This document shows positions 1 to 10,357 of a stretch of DNA of 64,000 nucleotides, piece by piece; positions within the stretch are counted from its first letter, which is position 1; each line of letters starts with the position of its first letter. The position numbers and the translations under genes were made by a program. The stretch spans positions 2,784,001 to 2,848,000 of the forward strand of contig OY759353.1 in NCBI GenBank assembly GCA_963662315.1, given 5' to 3'. This DNA is from Geopsychrobacteraceae bacterium. GTDB lineage: Bacteria; Desulfobacterota; Desulfuromonadia; Desulfuromonadales; Geopsychrobacteraceae. Below the pieces are notes generated by a model. The model saw nothing but the letters and a program-made list of their open reading frames with translations. It did not search any database and was not told where the DNA came from.

Positions 1-291
1 CTGAACTTCTACAAGCACTTCGGGAAAGCCCAGTCTCGGCAATTATTACACTGGCATCAATCCCTTTACATTCAGATAAAACCCACTTTCGACACAGGTT
101 ATAGAGACATCCTGAGTCGCTTGCATTGGCACATAGGCGTGCAGTAGCTAGAGTTGCGCACTGCTTGCCAATCTGTTGATGCTGGATTCGTTAAGGTCTC
201 TCCAGCCACGGGACAGAACAGGACGAACCGGTCTCCGGTGCAGCCATCGTGCTGTAATGCTGCTGTTCGCCCCAGAACCCAGGAACAGACT

Positions 292-3200
292 ATGAAGAAA
301 CACATGAGTATGCCGCCCGCCCAGGGCCTGTACGATCCGGCCAATGAGCACGATAACTGTGGAGTCGGCTTTGTTGCCAACATTAAGGGAAAGAAAAGCC
401 ACAGCATAGTTGAACGTGGCATTGAGATTCTGTGCAACCTGACCCACCGCGGCGCTGTTGGCGCAGACCCATTGGATGGCGACGGAGCCGGTCTGATGAT
501 TCAGATGCCGGATGCGTTCTATCGCGACATCTGTGAATTCGATCTGCCTCCAGTCGGCCAGTACGGCGCCGGAATTGTTTTTCTGCCACAGAACGACAAT
601 AACCGCGAAGCCTGCATTGAGACTCTCAATCGCCAGATCACCCGCGTTGGCTGCAGCCTGCTTGGCTGGCGTGAAATTCCCACCGACAGCAGCAATATCG
701 GTCGCAATGCGCGTTCGGTTGAACCTCGTGTTATGCAGATTTTTGTCGGCCTCGGTAATGTAGAGGAGTCCCAGTTTGAACTGATGCTGTACCTGGCGCG
801 CAAGCGTGCCGAAAACGCGGTCCGCAACGATCAGCTTGCCGGTGGCGAGATGTTTTACGTCAACTCACTGTCGAGCCGTACCATTCTTTACAAAGGAATG
901 CTGCTCTCCGAACAGCTCAATACCTTTTTCCCGGAATTGGGAGATGAGCGGGTTGTCAGTGCCATTGCCTTTGTTCACCAGCGTTACAGCACCAATACTT
1001 TCCCGACCTGGGATCTGGCGCAGCCATTCCGTTACGTTGCCCACAATGGTGAAATCAACACCCTGCGCGGCAACATCAACCGCATGAAAGCCCGTACCGC
1101 GCTGTTTGCCCATATGGATCTGGCCGAGGGGATTGCAGACCTGGACCCGGTTATTATCGAAGGCAGCTCTGACACCGCATGTCTCGACAACGCCCTTGAG
1201 CTTCTGGTTGTAACCGGTCGCAGTCTGGCTCATTCCCTGGCGATGATGATTCCTGAGGCCTGGGCCTCAAAAGCCAATCTGCATCCGCATATCAAGGGTT
1301 TCTTTGAATACCACGCAACCATGATGGAACCATGGGATGGTCCGGCCAACATCGTCGCCTGCGACGGCAAACAGGTCGTTGCCATTCTTGACCGCAACGG
1401 TCTGCGTCCGGCGCGTTACTGGATCACTGCGGATGATGAAATCATTTATGCCTCTGAAGCCGGTGTTCTTGATGTTCCGGCCGACAAGATCCTGCGCAAG
1501 GAACGCCTGGCCCCGGGCAAAATGATCATGGTCGATGTCGAAGCCGGGACCTTCAAAGAAGACCAGGAAATCAAGCATGAACTGGCCACCCAGCATCCTT
1601 ACTCAGCCTGGGTCAGCGAATACCTGATTCGCCTCGAAGACCTGCCAGCACCTGCGACCAAAAAGGTGCCGAGCTATGGTGAACTACGGCGTACCCAGGG
1701 CAGCTTTGGTTACACACTGGAAGAAATGAAGGTGATCATCGGCCCCATGGCCCTGAACGCCCAGGAACCGGTTGGGTCCATGGGTACTGACACGCCGACA
1801 GCTGTACTGTCCGACCGCAGTAAACTGATCTACTGGTACTTCAAGCAGCTGTTTGCCCAGATTACCAATCCACCGATCGACCCGCTGCGTGAAGAAATTG
1901 TTATGAGCCTGACCCAGTACCTGGGACCAGCCCGTAACATCCTGATGCCTGGTCCTGAGCATTGCCAGATGTTGGAGATCGATCACCCGATCATCACCAA
2001 CGATGTGCTTGAGCAGCTGCGTCACAGTGACTTGCCTAACTTCCGCGGCACCACCTTGAGTACCCTGTTTGATGTCAGCTACGGCCCTGAGGGTCTTGAG
2101 CGGCGCATGGAAGAACTGTTTGTCGAAGCGGAAGCCGCGGTCGACAGCGGTCGTACCATCGTCGTCCTCTCCGACCGCGGTGTCAGTGCTGAAAAAGCGC
2201 CGATTCCAGCCCTGCTGGCCTTAGCCGGTATTCACCACCACCTGATCCGCGTCGGTAAGCGCAGTCAGTGTTCACTGATTGTTGAAACCGGTGAAGCCCG
2301 CGAAGTACACCACTTTGCCCTGCTGATTGGCTTTGGTGCTGCGGCCATCAACCCTTACCTGACCTTTGAAACCCTGCAGGACATGGTCAACCAGGGAATG
2401 CTGCCCGGCAAAGACGGCAATGATCAGGCGGATGAAACCCTGGATGTCATCAACAAGTACATCCATAACTTCATCAAAGCGGTTGGCAAGGGTCTGCTCA
2501 AGGTCTTTTCTAAAATGGGGATCAGCACCCTGCAAAGTTACTGTGCCGCTCAGATTTTTGAGATCATCGGCCTGAATGAAGAGTTCACCGCCAAATACTT
2601 CCCTGGCACCTCCAGCCGTATCGGTGGAGCCGGGATTAAAGAGATCGCCACCGAAAGTCTGATGCGCCACAACGTTGCCTTTGCTGATCTGATTGACAGC
2701 AACCGCGATCTGGATCGTGGTTCTGAATATTCCTGGCGTCGGGATGGCGAACTGCACCTGATGAACCCGGAAGTCATTGCCCTGCTGCAGCACGCTGTAC
2801 GTTCCGGAAGCCGTGAAGATTTCCGCAAGTTCTCCGAGCAGGTTGACAACCAGAGCGAGAAACTCTTTACCCTGCGTGGCCTGTTCAAATTCAACAAGTC
2901 CAACCAGCCCGTTCCGCTGGAGGAAGTTGAACCGGTCAGCGCCATTGTCAAACGCTTCTGTACCGGCGCCATGAGTATGGGCTCCATCTCCGCTGAAGCC
3001 CACGAGACGCTGGCCATCGCCATGAACAAAATCGGTGGCAAATCAAACACCGGTGAAGGTGGCGAGGATCCACGCCGCTTCACTCCTGACGCCAATGGTG
3101 ATCTGCGCCGCAGTTCCATCAAACAGGTTGCTTCGGGACGTTTTGGTGTTACCCCGCACTACCTGGTTAATGCCGATGAACTGCAGATCAAAATTGCTCA

Positions 3201-4857
3201 GGGCGCAAAGCCTGGCGAAGGTGGTCAGTTACCGGGACACAAGGTCACCGAATATATCGGTGATCTGCGTTACAGTCTGCCTGGCGTAACCCTGATTTCG
3301 CCTCCTCCGCACCATGATATCTATTCTATTGAGGATATGGCCCAGCTTATCTTTGACCTGAAAAACTGTAACCCGAAAGCGGACATTACCGTCAAACTGG
3401 TCAGTGAAGTCGGGGTTGGAACGGTTGCCGCAGGGGTCAGTAAAGGTCATGCTGAGCGCGTTATCATCTCCGGATACGATGGTGGTACCGGCGCTTCGCC
3501 GATCTCCTCCATCAAACACGCCGGGGTGCCGTGGGAAATCGGTCTGGCAGAAACTCAACAGACCCTCGTCCTCAACGACCTGCGCGGCCGTATTATCGTG
3601 CAGACCGATGGTCAGCTGCGGACTGCCCGTGATGTCGTTATTGCGGCAATGCTCGGCGCTGAAGAATACGCTTTTGCCACGGTTGCCCTGGTTACTGTCG
3701 GCTGTATCATGATGCGCAAGTGTCACCTCAACACCTGCCCGGTCGGGGTTGCAACCCAGGATGCCGCTCTGCGCGGCAAGTTTGCCGGTAAACCAGAGCA
3801 CGTTATCAACTACTTCAACTTCCTCGCCGAGGAAATTCGTGAGCTGATGGCGGAACTCGGGGTTCGTTCCCTTGACGAACTGATCGGTCAGACGCAGTAC
3901 CTGCAGATGGACGACGCCATCAAGCACTGGAAAAACCAGGGCCTTGACTACTCACGGATTCTGGTTAAACCGGAAGTTGGCGCAGATGTCGCCATCCGAC
4001 GGATTCAGGGGCAGGACCATGGCCTCGAAAAACAGCTTGATCACCGTCTGATCAACCTTGCAGCGCCGGCTCTGGAACGCAAAGATCCGGTCACCATTGA
4101 GCTGTCGATCAAAAACTCCAACCGGACCTTCGGCACCATGTTGTCCGGCATGGTCGCCAGCATGCACGGCCGCGAAGGACTGCCAGCGGGGACCATCAAC
4201 GTTAAACTCAACGGTATCGCTGGTCAGAGTTTCGGTGCCTTCCTGGCTCCGGGGATCAACCTGCACCTGGTTGGGGAAGCCAACGACTATGTCGGAAAAG
4301 GCATGGCCGGTGGTCGCATCAGTATTCGACCTGATGAAAAAGCGGCTTTCGTCTGGAGCGATAATTCCATCGTCGGCAATACCGTCCTCTACGGTGCTAC
4401 CGGTGGCGAGGCCTACTTTGCCGGTAAAGCCGGTGAACGCTTCTGTGTCCGTAACTCAGGCGTAACGGCTGTTGTTGAAGGTACCGGCGATCATGGTTGC
4501 GAATATATGACCGGTGGCCGGGTTGTCTGTCTGGGTCGTACCGGACGCAACTTCGCAGCGGGCATGTCCGGTGGTCTCGCTTACGTTTTCGATGACGATA
4601 ACCGCTTCAGAAGACGCTGTAACCCAGCCATGGTCGATATCGAGCAGATGGCTGCCAGCGATGAAGATGTTGCCGAACTTAAGAAAATTATCTCTACCCA
4701 TTACGAATTGACCGGGTCTCCACGTGCGGCACAAATACTTGCCGACTGGAATAACTACGTGACACGCTTTGTGCGTGTCTTCCCTCACGAATACCGCCGG
4801 GTGCTGAATGAAATGGCAGCCAAGGCAGAATCAGCAAAGGAGGCCGTCCATGGGTGA
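292..4857 (+). CDS. gltB: Glutamate synthase large subunit
   Basis: EHDNCGVGF N-terminal Cys motif, HQRYSTNT, HNGEINT, IKIAQGAKPGEGG, CIMMRKCHLNTCPVG and C-terminal GXGXG repeats; ATG at 292 after AGGA. Confidence 0.98.
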   Translation: MKKHMSMPPAQGLYDPANEHDNCGVGFVANIKGKKSHSIVERGIEILCNLTHRGAVGADPLDGDGAGLMIQMPDAFYRDICEFDLPPVGQYGAGIVFLPQNDNNREACIETLNRQITRVGCSLLGWREIPTDSSNIGRNARSVEPRVMQIFVGLGNVEESQFELMLYLARKRAENAVRNDQLAGGEMFYVNSLSSRTILYKGMLLSEQLNTFFPELGDERVVSAIAFVHQRYSTNTFPTWDLAQPFRYVAHNGEINTLRGNINRMKARTALFAHMDLAEGIADLDPVIIEGSSDTACLDNALELLVVTGRSLAHSLAMMIPEAWASKANLHPHIKGFFEYHATMMEPWDGPANIVACDGKQVVAILDRNGLRPARYWITADDEIIYASEAGVLDVPADKILRKERLAPGKMIMVDVEAGTFKEDQEIKHELATQHPYSAWVSEYLIRLEDLPAPATKKVPSYGELRRTQGSFGYTLEEMKVIIGPMALNAQEPVGSMGTDTPTAVLSDRSKLIYWYFKQLFAQITNPPIDPLREEIVMSLTQYLGPARNILMPGPEHCQMLEIDHPIITNDVLEQLRHSDLPNFRGTTLSTLFDVSYGPEGLERRMEELFVEAEAAVDSGRTIVVLSDRGVSAEKAPIPALLALAGIHHHLIRVGKRSQCSLIVETGEAREVHHFALLIGFGAAAINPYLTFETLQDMVNQGMLPGKDGNDQADETLDVINKYIHNFIKAVGKGLLKVFSKMGISTLQSYCAAQIFEIIGLNEEFTAKYFPGTSSRIGGAGIKEIATESLMRHNVAFADLIDSNRDLDRGSEYSWRRDGELHLMNPEVIALLQHAVRSGSREDFRKFSEQVDNQSEKLFTLRGLFKFNKSNQPVPLEEVEPVSAIVKRFCTGAMSMGSISAEAHETLAIAMNKIGGKSNTGEGGEDPRRFTPDANGDLRRSSIKQVASGRFGVTPHYLVNADELQIKIAQGAKPGEGGQLPGHKVTEYIGDLRYSLPGVTLISPPPHHDIYSIEDMAQLIFDLKNCNPKADITVKLVSEVGVGTVAAGVSKGHAERVIISGYDGGTGASPISSIKHAGVPWEIGLAETQQTLVLNDLRGRIIVQTDGQLRTARDVVIAAMLGAEEYAFATVALVTVGCIMMRKCHLNTCPVGVATQDAALRGKFAGKPEHVINYFNFLAEEIRELMAELGVRSLDELIGQTQYLQMDDAIKHWKNQGLDYSRILVKPEVGADVAIRRIQGQDHGLEKQLDHRLINLAAPALERKDPVTIELSIKNSNRTFGTMLSGMVASMHGREGLPAGTINVKLNGIAGQSFGAFLAPGINLHLVGEANDYVGKGMAGGRISIRPDEKAAFVWSDNSIVGNTVLYGATGGEAYFAGKAGERFCVRNSGVTAVVEGTGDHGCEYMTGGRVVCLGRTGRNFAAGMSGGLAYVFDDDNRFRRRCNPAMVDIEQMAASDEDVAELKKIISTHYELTGSPRAAQILADWNNYVTRFVRVFPHEYRRVLNEMAAKAESAKEAVHG

Positions 4858-6328
4858 TCCTCGCGGCTTTATGAAATTCGGACGTCAGGACAAGACGATT
4901 CAAGCTGTCCATGACCGTCTCAATCATCATAACGAACATTACAACTATCCCAGTGAGGAAGAAGTCAAAACTCAGGCCTCACGCTGTATGGATTGCGGCG
5001 TCCCCTTCTGCATGACCGGTTGTCCGCTGGGCAACCTGATTCCGGAATGGAACGACCTGGTTTACCGTGGTCAGTGGCGCCAGGCCTTACAGGCACTGCA
5101 GGCAACCAACAATTTCCCCGAATTTACGGGTCGTGTCTGCCCTGCTCCCTGCGAAACGTCCTGCGTTCTTGGCATTATCGAGCCCGCGGTTTCTATTAAG
5201 CTGCACGAAGTCTCGATCATTGACAAAGCGTTTGAACAGGGCTGGATCGTTCCTCAGCCACCGATCAAAAGAAGTGGCAAAAAGGTTGCCATTATTGGTG
5301 GCGGCCCCGCTGGCCTCGCCTGTGCCCAGCAGCTGAACCGCGCTGGTCATGAAGTCACTGTCTACGAAAAATCCGACCGCGCCGGTGGCTTGCTGATGTA
5401 CGGCATCCCCCATTACAAACTGCGCAAGGAAAAGGTGCAGCGGCGTATTGACCTGCTCGAAGCTGAAGGAATCACCTTCTGTTTCAACAGTGAAGTCGGC
5501 ACCACGGTCGCTTACAGTGACCTTAAAGCCGCCAACGATGCCGTCGTTGTTGCTACCGGAGCCGAAGAACCTCGTGACCTGCCGGTTCAAGGACGCGATC
5601 TGGACGGTATTCATTTCGCCATGGAATTTTTGCCGCAACAGAACAAATCCAACTGGGGCGACTTCAATACTGCCGAACTGCATCCTAAAAAGCTGCCGAT
5701 CAATGCTCAAGGCAAACGGGTAATTGTCATCGGTGGTGGCGATACCGGCTCTGACTGTATCGGTACCTCGATCCGCCAGGGAGCAACCAGCGTAGTCAAC
5801 TTCGAGCTGCTGGGCCAGCCACCGCTGGAACGCGCCCAAAACAATCCATGGCCACAATGGTCAAGGATTCTGCGCATCAGCTCTTCCATGGAAGAAATGC
5901 AGGTCATGGGCGGCGATGTTCACTACGAAATCATGACGACGCGTTTTATCGGTAGTGGCCGTAAAGTGACCGGGCTTGAAACGGTTGAGGTTGACTGGTC
6001 CAGCGGCAAACCGGAAAAGGTTGCCGGTAGTGAAAAGATCTGGAAGTGCGACCTGGTCCTGCTGGCCATGGGTTTCCTTGGTCCGCGTTCCGGACTGGTT
6101 GGGGCCATTGGCTGTGATACCGACCCTCGCTCCAACATTAAGACCGATCCCAAAACGCGCATGAGCTCTGTTGATGGTGTCTTTGCCGCTGGTGACTGCC
6201 GCCGTGGTCAGAGTCTTGTGGTCTGGGCCATTGCTGAAGGGCGTGAAGTTGCCCGCTGCGTTGACGAGTACCTGATGAATAAACCCAGCCTGCTGCCTAA
6301 AGTCAGACTGGAAACTTTCCAGTATTAA
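4850..6328 (+). CDS. gltD: Glutamate synthase small subunit
   Basis: MGDPRGF start with AGGAGG RBS, RCMDCGVPFC, GRVCPAPCE, GGGPAG, GGGDTG, RRGQSLVVWAI; overlaps gltB stop. Confidence 0.97.
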   Translation: MGDPRGFMKFGRQDKTIQAVHDRLNHHNEHYNYPSEEEVKTQASRCMDCGVPFCMTGCPLGNLIPEWNDLVYRGQWRQALQALQATNNFPEFTGRVCPAPCETSCVLGIIEPAVSIKLHEVSIIDKAFEQGWIVPQPPIKRSGKKVAIIGGGPAGLACAQQLNRAGHEVTVYEKSDRAGGLLMYGIPHYKLRKEKVQRRIDLLEAEGITFCFNSEVGTTVAYSDLKAANDAVVVATGAEEPRDLPVQGRDLDGIHFAMEFLPQQNKSNWGDFNTAELHPKKLPINAQGKRVIVIGGGDTGSDCIGTSIRQGATSVVNFELLGQPPLERAQNNPWPQWSRILRISSSMEEMQVMGGDVHYEIMTTRFIGSGRKVTGLETVEVDWSSGKPEKVAGSEKIWKCDLVLLAMGFLGPRSGLVGAIGCDTDPRSNIKTDPKTRMSSVDGVFAAGDCRRGQSLVVWAIAEGREVARCVDEYLMNKPSLLPKVRLETFQY

Positions 6329-6350
6329 GCCAACATGGTTTAACACATAC

Positions 6351-6380
6351 GCCCCGGTTACTTGTAACCGGGGCTTTTTT
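6351..6380 (+). terminator. Intrinsic terminator after gltD
   Basis: GCCCCGGTTAC-TT-GTAACCGGGGC hairpin followed by a T run. Confidence 0.9.
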
Positions 6381-6723
6381 ATTCGTGAGATCAACTCCCT
6401 AGACATTTTTGCCTGATCAGGCTCCGACATGCTGCTATTAGAATTTATATCGGCACTTAAAGAGTATGTGTCCCCCCCAAAAAAAAGAAAAGATCCTTGC
6501 TGAACGCCTCATCGATACGATCAGTGCGGGCCAAGCTGCACAGTGCCTCGCGATCGAAGCGCTTAGCGAATTCACGACTCAAGCAATCTGCTCCATTGGC
6601 CAGCAGCATGACATCCCTTATGAATCTGCCCAGTGAGAGGTTTTGCGCATAATTGCTGAAATTACCTGTATTGACGCACCAGAACCGCTATAATAGGGAC
6701 TGGTTTTCATTTAACAGGAGCGA

Positions 6724-8013
6724 ATGATGAGTATAGTCGATGATCTGCTGCAAGACATGCCACTGCCCAAAATGTTCCGGGTCCGTCAACTGTTCAAAGA
6801 CGCAGCCATTCAAGATATTCAAGCCGTTCTTACCGAACAATTCAGTCAACCTGCCATTGAGCAAAGCATCAAGCCAGGGGATCGGATCGCCATAGCGGTC
6901 GGCAGCCGCGGCATGAACCGCTTGCAGGAACTGGTCAAAACAACCATTGCAGAACTGAAACAGCGCGGTGCCGAACCTTTCGTGGTGCCGTCCATGGGCA
7001 GCCACGGTGGTGCTACGGCTGTCGGGCAGAAGCATGTCCTTGAAGAACTGGGGATCACGGAAACAGCGGTCGGCTGCCCGATTATCTCCTCTATGGAGAC
7101 AATTGAATTAGGTAAACTGGCCAATGGCTTACCAATACTCATCGACAAAGAAGCGATGCAGGCTGACGGCATCGTCATCATCAACCGCATCAAACCCCAC
7201 ACCAGCTTCAGCGGCCCTCTAGAGAGCGGATTGGTCAAAATGCTGTCCATTGGCCTCGGCAAGCAGCAGGGGGCCGATTCCTGCCACGCCATGGGCTTTG
7301 GTCACATGGCCGTCAACATTGTCGAGATGGCCAAAATCAAGATCGCCAAGGCACCTATCCTGTTCGGCATCGCGACCATTGAAAACGCCTATGATAAAAT
7401 CGCCAAGATCAGAGTGATTCCTGCTGCCGCAATTATCGAAGAGGAAAAGCAGCTGTTAATTGAAGCGAAAGCGAGCATGCCACGCATTCTCTTCAACCCT
7501 CTTGATATCCTGATTGTCGATGAAATGGGCAAGCAGTTTTCCGGAACCGGCACCGACCCTAATATTACCGGCCGGGCAGCGACCCCATATCTTGACCTGA
7601 AGCAGCAGATCACCAAGATGGCGATCCTCGACTTAAGTGCCACCAGTCACGGAAATGCCACGGGTGTTGGCCTGGCGGATATCTGCACCCAACGCCTGGT
7701 CGACAAAATCGATTTCGACGCCACCTATGCCAACCACATCACCTCCACGGTGCTGACCCACGGCAAAATACCGGTCACTATGAAAAACGACCAGCGAGCC
7801 CTGCAATTAGCGGTAAAAACCTCGAACTGTCTTGATTTCTCAAAACTTCGGGCCGTCCGTGTGCCCAACACGCTGCTGATCGAAAATATCCTCATTTCAG
7901 AAGGGCTGCTGGAAGAAGCGAAGGCTAATCCAGATGTGGAGGTGACTGATATTGTGCATGACTGGACGTTTGATGAGGAAGGTAATCTGACGGATATCGG
8001 GAAATGGTGTTAA
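6724..8013 (+). CDS. Lactate racemase N-terminal (LarA/DUF2088-like) domain protein
   Basis: IAIAVGSRG, VPSMGSHGGAT, NRIKPHT, GKQFSGTGTD motifs; AGGAG RBS. Confidence 0.75.
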   Translation: MMSIVDDLLQDMPLPKMFRVRQLFKDAAIQDIQAVLTEQFSQPAIEQSIKPGDRIAIAVGSRGMNRLQELVKTTIAELKQRGAEPFVVPSMGSHGGATAVGQKHVLEELGITETAVGCPIISSMETIELGKLANGLPILIDKEAMQADGIVIINRIKPHTSFSGPLESGLVKMLSIGLGKQQGADSCHAMGFGHMAVNIVEMAKIKIAKAPILFGIATIENAYDKIAKIRVIPAAAIIEEEKQLLIEAKASMPRILFNPLDILIVDEMGKQFSGTGTDPNITGRAATPYLDLKQQITKMAILDLSATSHGNATGVGLADICTQRLVDKIDFDATYANHITSTVLTHGKIPVTMKNDQRALQLAVKTSNCLDFSKLRAVRVPNTLLIENILISEGLLEEAKANPDVEVTDIVHDWTFDEEGNLTDIGKWC

Positions 8014-8017
8014 ATAT

Positions 8018-8188
8018 AGTCTGCCCATCGGGCGCGATCTTGGCCGTTGGCCAGCGGGTCAAATGCTGGCAGCTACCTCGAAAAAACCGCACGAACACGG
8101 ACATATTAAAGAGAGTCACTTTTGTTTACTTTTTGTGACTTGATTGTGACAAAAAGTATGTCGCCTGCAGGGGCTAGACCCTGCGATC
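8018..8188 (-). repeat. Dispersed ~175 bp repeat, type B
   Basis: Reverse complement aligns by eye with 49489-49666 (CGCAGGG..GCCCCTGCAGGCGAC..TTTTGTC..CACAAAA..CCAGCA..ATGG.CAGA). Confidence 0.8.
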
Positions 8189-8224
8189 CTTCTTTATTCT
8201 TCTTGATCCTAAATCAGTGGCCAT
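8174..8224 (-). pseudogene. 16-codon stump (MATDLGSRRI...) of the partner gene, truncated by repeat B
   Basis: Overlaps the stop of 8214..9458; N-terminus matches MSNDLGSYRI of 11121..11528. Confidence 0.65.
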
Positions 8225-9458
8225 GGAACCCCTCCTCTAAAATTTCTATTTCTGTGCGAAATCCACTTTTTAAATCACTTATCAATAATGCTTTGGCAAA
8301 TGCCGGATTGGGACGCCCATAAAAACGCTCTTCCCCCGGCACTTCCAATGCACAATAATGATTGAGCATATATTTGCTGAAGCTGACGCTAAAAGCGTCA
8401 ATGGCCATGCTATAGAGCATTTCGGCCTGTTTTGGTTGCTGCTTATGAAGCCGCCCCCAGACATAATCATCCGCCTTGGGATCGGTAAAATCACGCCGCG
8501 CTTCGAGAAACTCGGCGATAAGTGGATGCTGACAGGTAAATTCTTTCGGATACAGCGAAGCTGTCAGCAGGTCGCTGCTGAAGTGAATGACCAGCAGTTG
8601 ACGGGTCAGTTCGATCTTGGGGGTTGCGGCCTTGATCTGTCTGTAGAGACCAGCATCAATCCAGCGTTGACGCAGCTCCACCATCCACCGGTTCAGATTC
8701 TTCTTTTTCCGGACAAACTCCGCATCGTGCAACAGCGGCCAATAGGACCCAATCTTTTCATCGGCATAATAACCATTATTCAGGGAATAATAGAGGACCG
8801 CCCGTGGCATGTTGCGCAAGGCATGGACCCGCTCCATCTCCTTGTCGGCAAAGGGGCGTGTGGCCATAATCTCGACGGAAGCATAGATGTCATCCAGCAA
8901 CTGCCGCATGGGTAGGGATGCCCGCCGATGGCTGGTACCGTACGGATTATGCATACGCTTGACATAGGGATAATGAAACCACATATCCTCCCAGACCCCG
9001 ATCTCACCGTCGTTTTCCGGTAGGTAGGCCGTCCCGTGCGTATAAATAGAGCGTTGCAGGGCGTTGAAAGGAATCAGAAGCCAATGATCCGGATTGATCA
9101 CCTCACACATCCCCTGCCGCAGTGCCGCCAGAGGCTGGCCAGCGACATAGTATTCCTTGGCCTGGTAATGGGCGTTATCTGATCCCATCCAAGTCAGCCG
9201 CTGGTAGCCATAAATACTGCCCATAAACAGGACAATCATGCCGATCAACGCCAGAAAAGTTTGCCGCTTTGCCGGGGTCAAAAACCACAACATCGGCCAG
9301 GGGTAATCATCCGTGCGTTTGTCCCTTTTCACCAGGACCACCAACCGCTGCAGGATCGGCAGCAACAAGCAGGGAAGCAGCAGATAACTGCAGACCAGCT
9401 GCATGGATAAGAGCAGATAAAACAGTCCGGCAAAAATATGCAGCCCACCAATGTGCAT
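8214..9458 (-). CDS. Hypothetical membrane-anchored protein, paralog 1
   Basis: ~414 aa, two N-terminal hydrophobic helices; aligns along its length with 11521..12741 (AKEYxVAGQPL, YLPENDGE, FTCQHPLI). Confidence 0.85.
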   Translation of the reverse strand: MHIGGLHIFAGLFYLLLSMQLVCSYLLLPCLLLPILQRLVVLVKRDKRTDDYPWPMLWFLTPAKRQTFLALIGMIVLFMGSIYGYQRLTWMGSDNAHYQAKEYYVAGQPLAALRQGMCEVINPDHWLLIPFNALQRSIYTHGTAYLPENDGEIGVWEDMWFHYPYVKRMHNPYGTSHRRASLPMRQLLDDIYASVEIMATRPFADKEMERVHALRNMPRAVLYYSLNNGYYADEKIGSYWPLLHDAEFVRKKKNLNRWMVELRQRWIDAGLYRQIKAATPKIELTRQLLVIHFSSDLLTASLYPKEFTCQHPLIAEFLEARRDFTDPKADDYVWGRLHKQQPKQAEMLYSMAIDAFSVSFSKYMLNHYCALEVPGEERFYGRPNPAFAKALLISDLKSGFRTEIEILEEGFHGH

Positions 9459-9482
9459 CAGCAATAACCCTTCTCAAACAAA

Positions 9483-9535
9483 AACAGCCCGCCTCCGATC
9501 AACAGGACTCTCCCTGCCACCGAAAACGAGCCGTT
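9483..9535 (-). promoter_or_regulatory. Conserved 53-nt leader hairpin (copy 1)
   Basis: Long hairpin followed by a U-tract just upstream of the RBS; same structure at 12766-12818. Confidence 0.55.
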
Positions 9536-10006
9536 ATTATTCACATATCTTCCCACGGGTCCCCCTCCCTGGATCAATCAAAACATATCAGTCAATACAA
9601 TATAAACATCAAACAGTTAGCGTAGTATTTATCATTCCTATGCGCCCGAAAAATTATTCTAATATATCAAGCAAATCAAGCAGAATAGAAATGGTGCCAT
9701 CTTTTCATTTCCCTCTTTTCTTCTGATTTATGTCCTCACCTCAGATGAAAATGAATAGACTATACTGCCTATGTCTGACAAAAATCATATCTGTTGGAAA
9801 TAATCGCCAAGGATGTTTCTAATGGCATGTTTCAGCGGACTTTCGCAGGTTTTGCCAAGCATCTCTGGTCATTGTTGATGTCCCCCTCTCTGCTAGATCA
9901 GTTAAGGCAGCTCCATTTTATTAAATATGTAGAAGCGCCCCCTATGCTCTCCGCGGTTTTCCAAGAACTGGGTTGGTAAGTATCGGTTGAAGTCAGACAA
10001 TAGAAA

Positions 10007-10034
10007 GCCCCGTTATTAGTAATAATAACGGGGC
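10007..10034 (-). terminator. Terminator-like hairpin
   Basis: GCCCCGTTATTA-GTAA-TAATAACGGGGC, with TTT following on the minus strand. Confidence 0.55.
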
Positions 10035-10357
10035 CTGGCAGTCCGTTGAGGCAATGATACTGCAGCTGTTACCGGCAATACAGGTGAAGCGGTTCTGGGA
10101 CATACAGTTGTCCTGCTCTGCACTAGAAAGTTACTAAAAATGTCTATTTTGCCCTGTGAGTATATTTGTCGGCTCAGAAAGTTCCGCTTTGCTTTGCGGC
10201 ATATGCATAAAAGTAAAATGCAATCAGGAAGAAAAGACGCTATGATATCGCAGGTTTCACACGAGAACAAACAACCACAGGAGGGAAATAATGACATGTC
10301 ACGAGGTTGATTACACTATTATCGGCAACGACATGCAGATGGTTCAAAGATAATTCC

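Noticed and set aside
128..144. Sigma54-like TGGCAC...TGCA upstream of gltB
   Set aside because: GG to GC spacing is 11, not the required 10
154..291. 46-codon N-terminal extension of GltB in the ORF track
   Set aside because: ATG at 292 has an RBS and gives the usual presequence length before the catalytic Cys
9483..9535. Leader hairpins read as isolated attC sites
   Set aside because: They lack proper RYYYAAC/GTTRRRY cores and L boxes; the G-U pattern points to RNA structure
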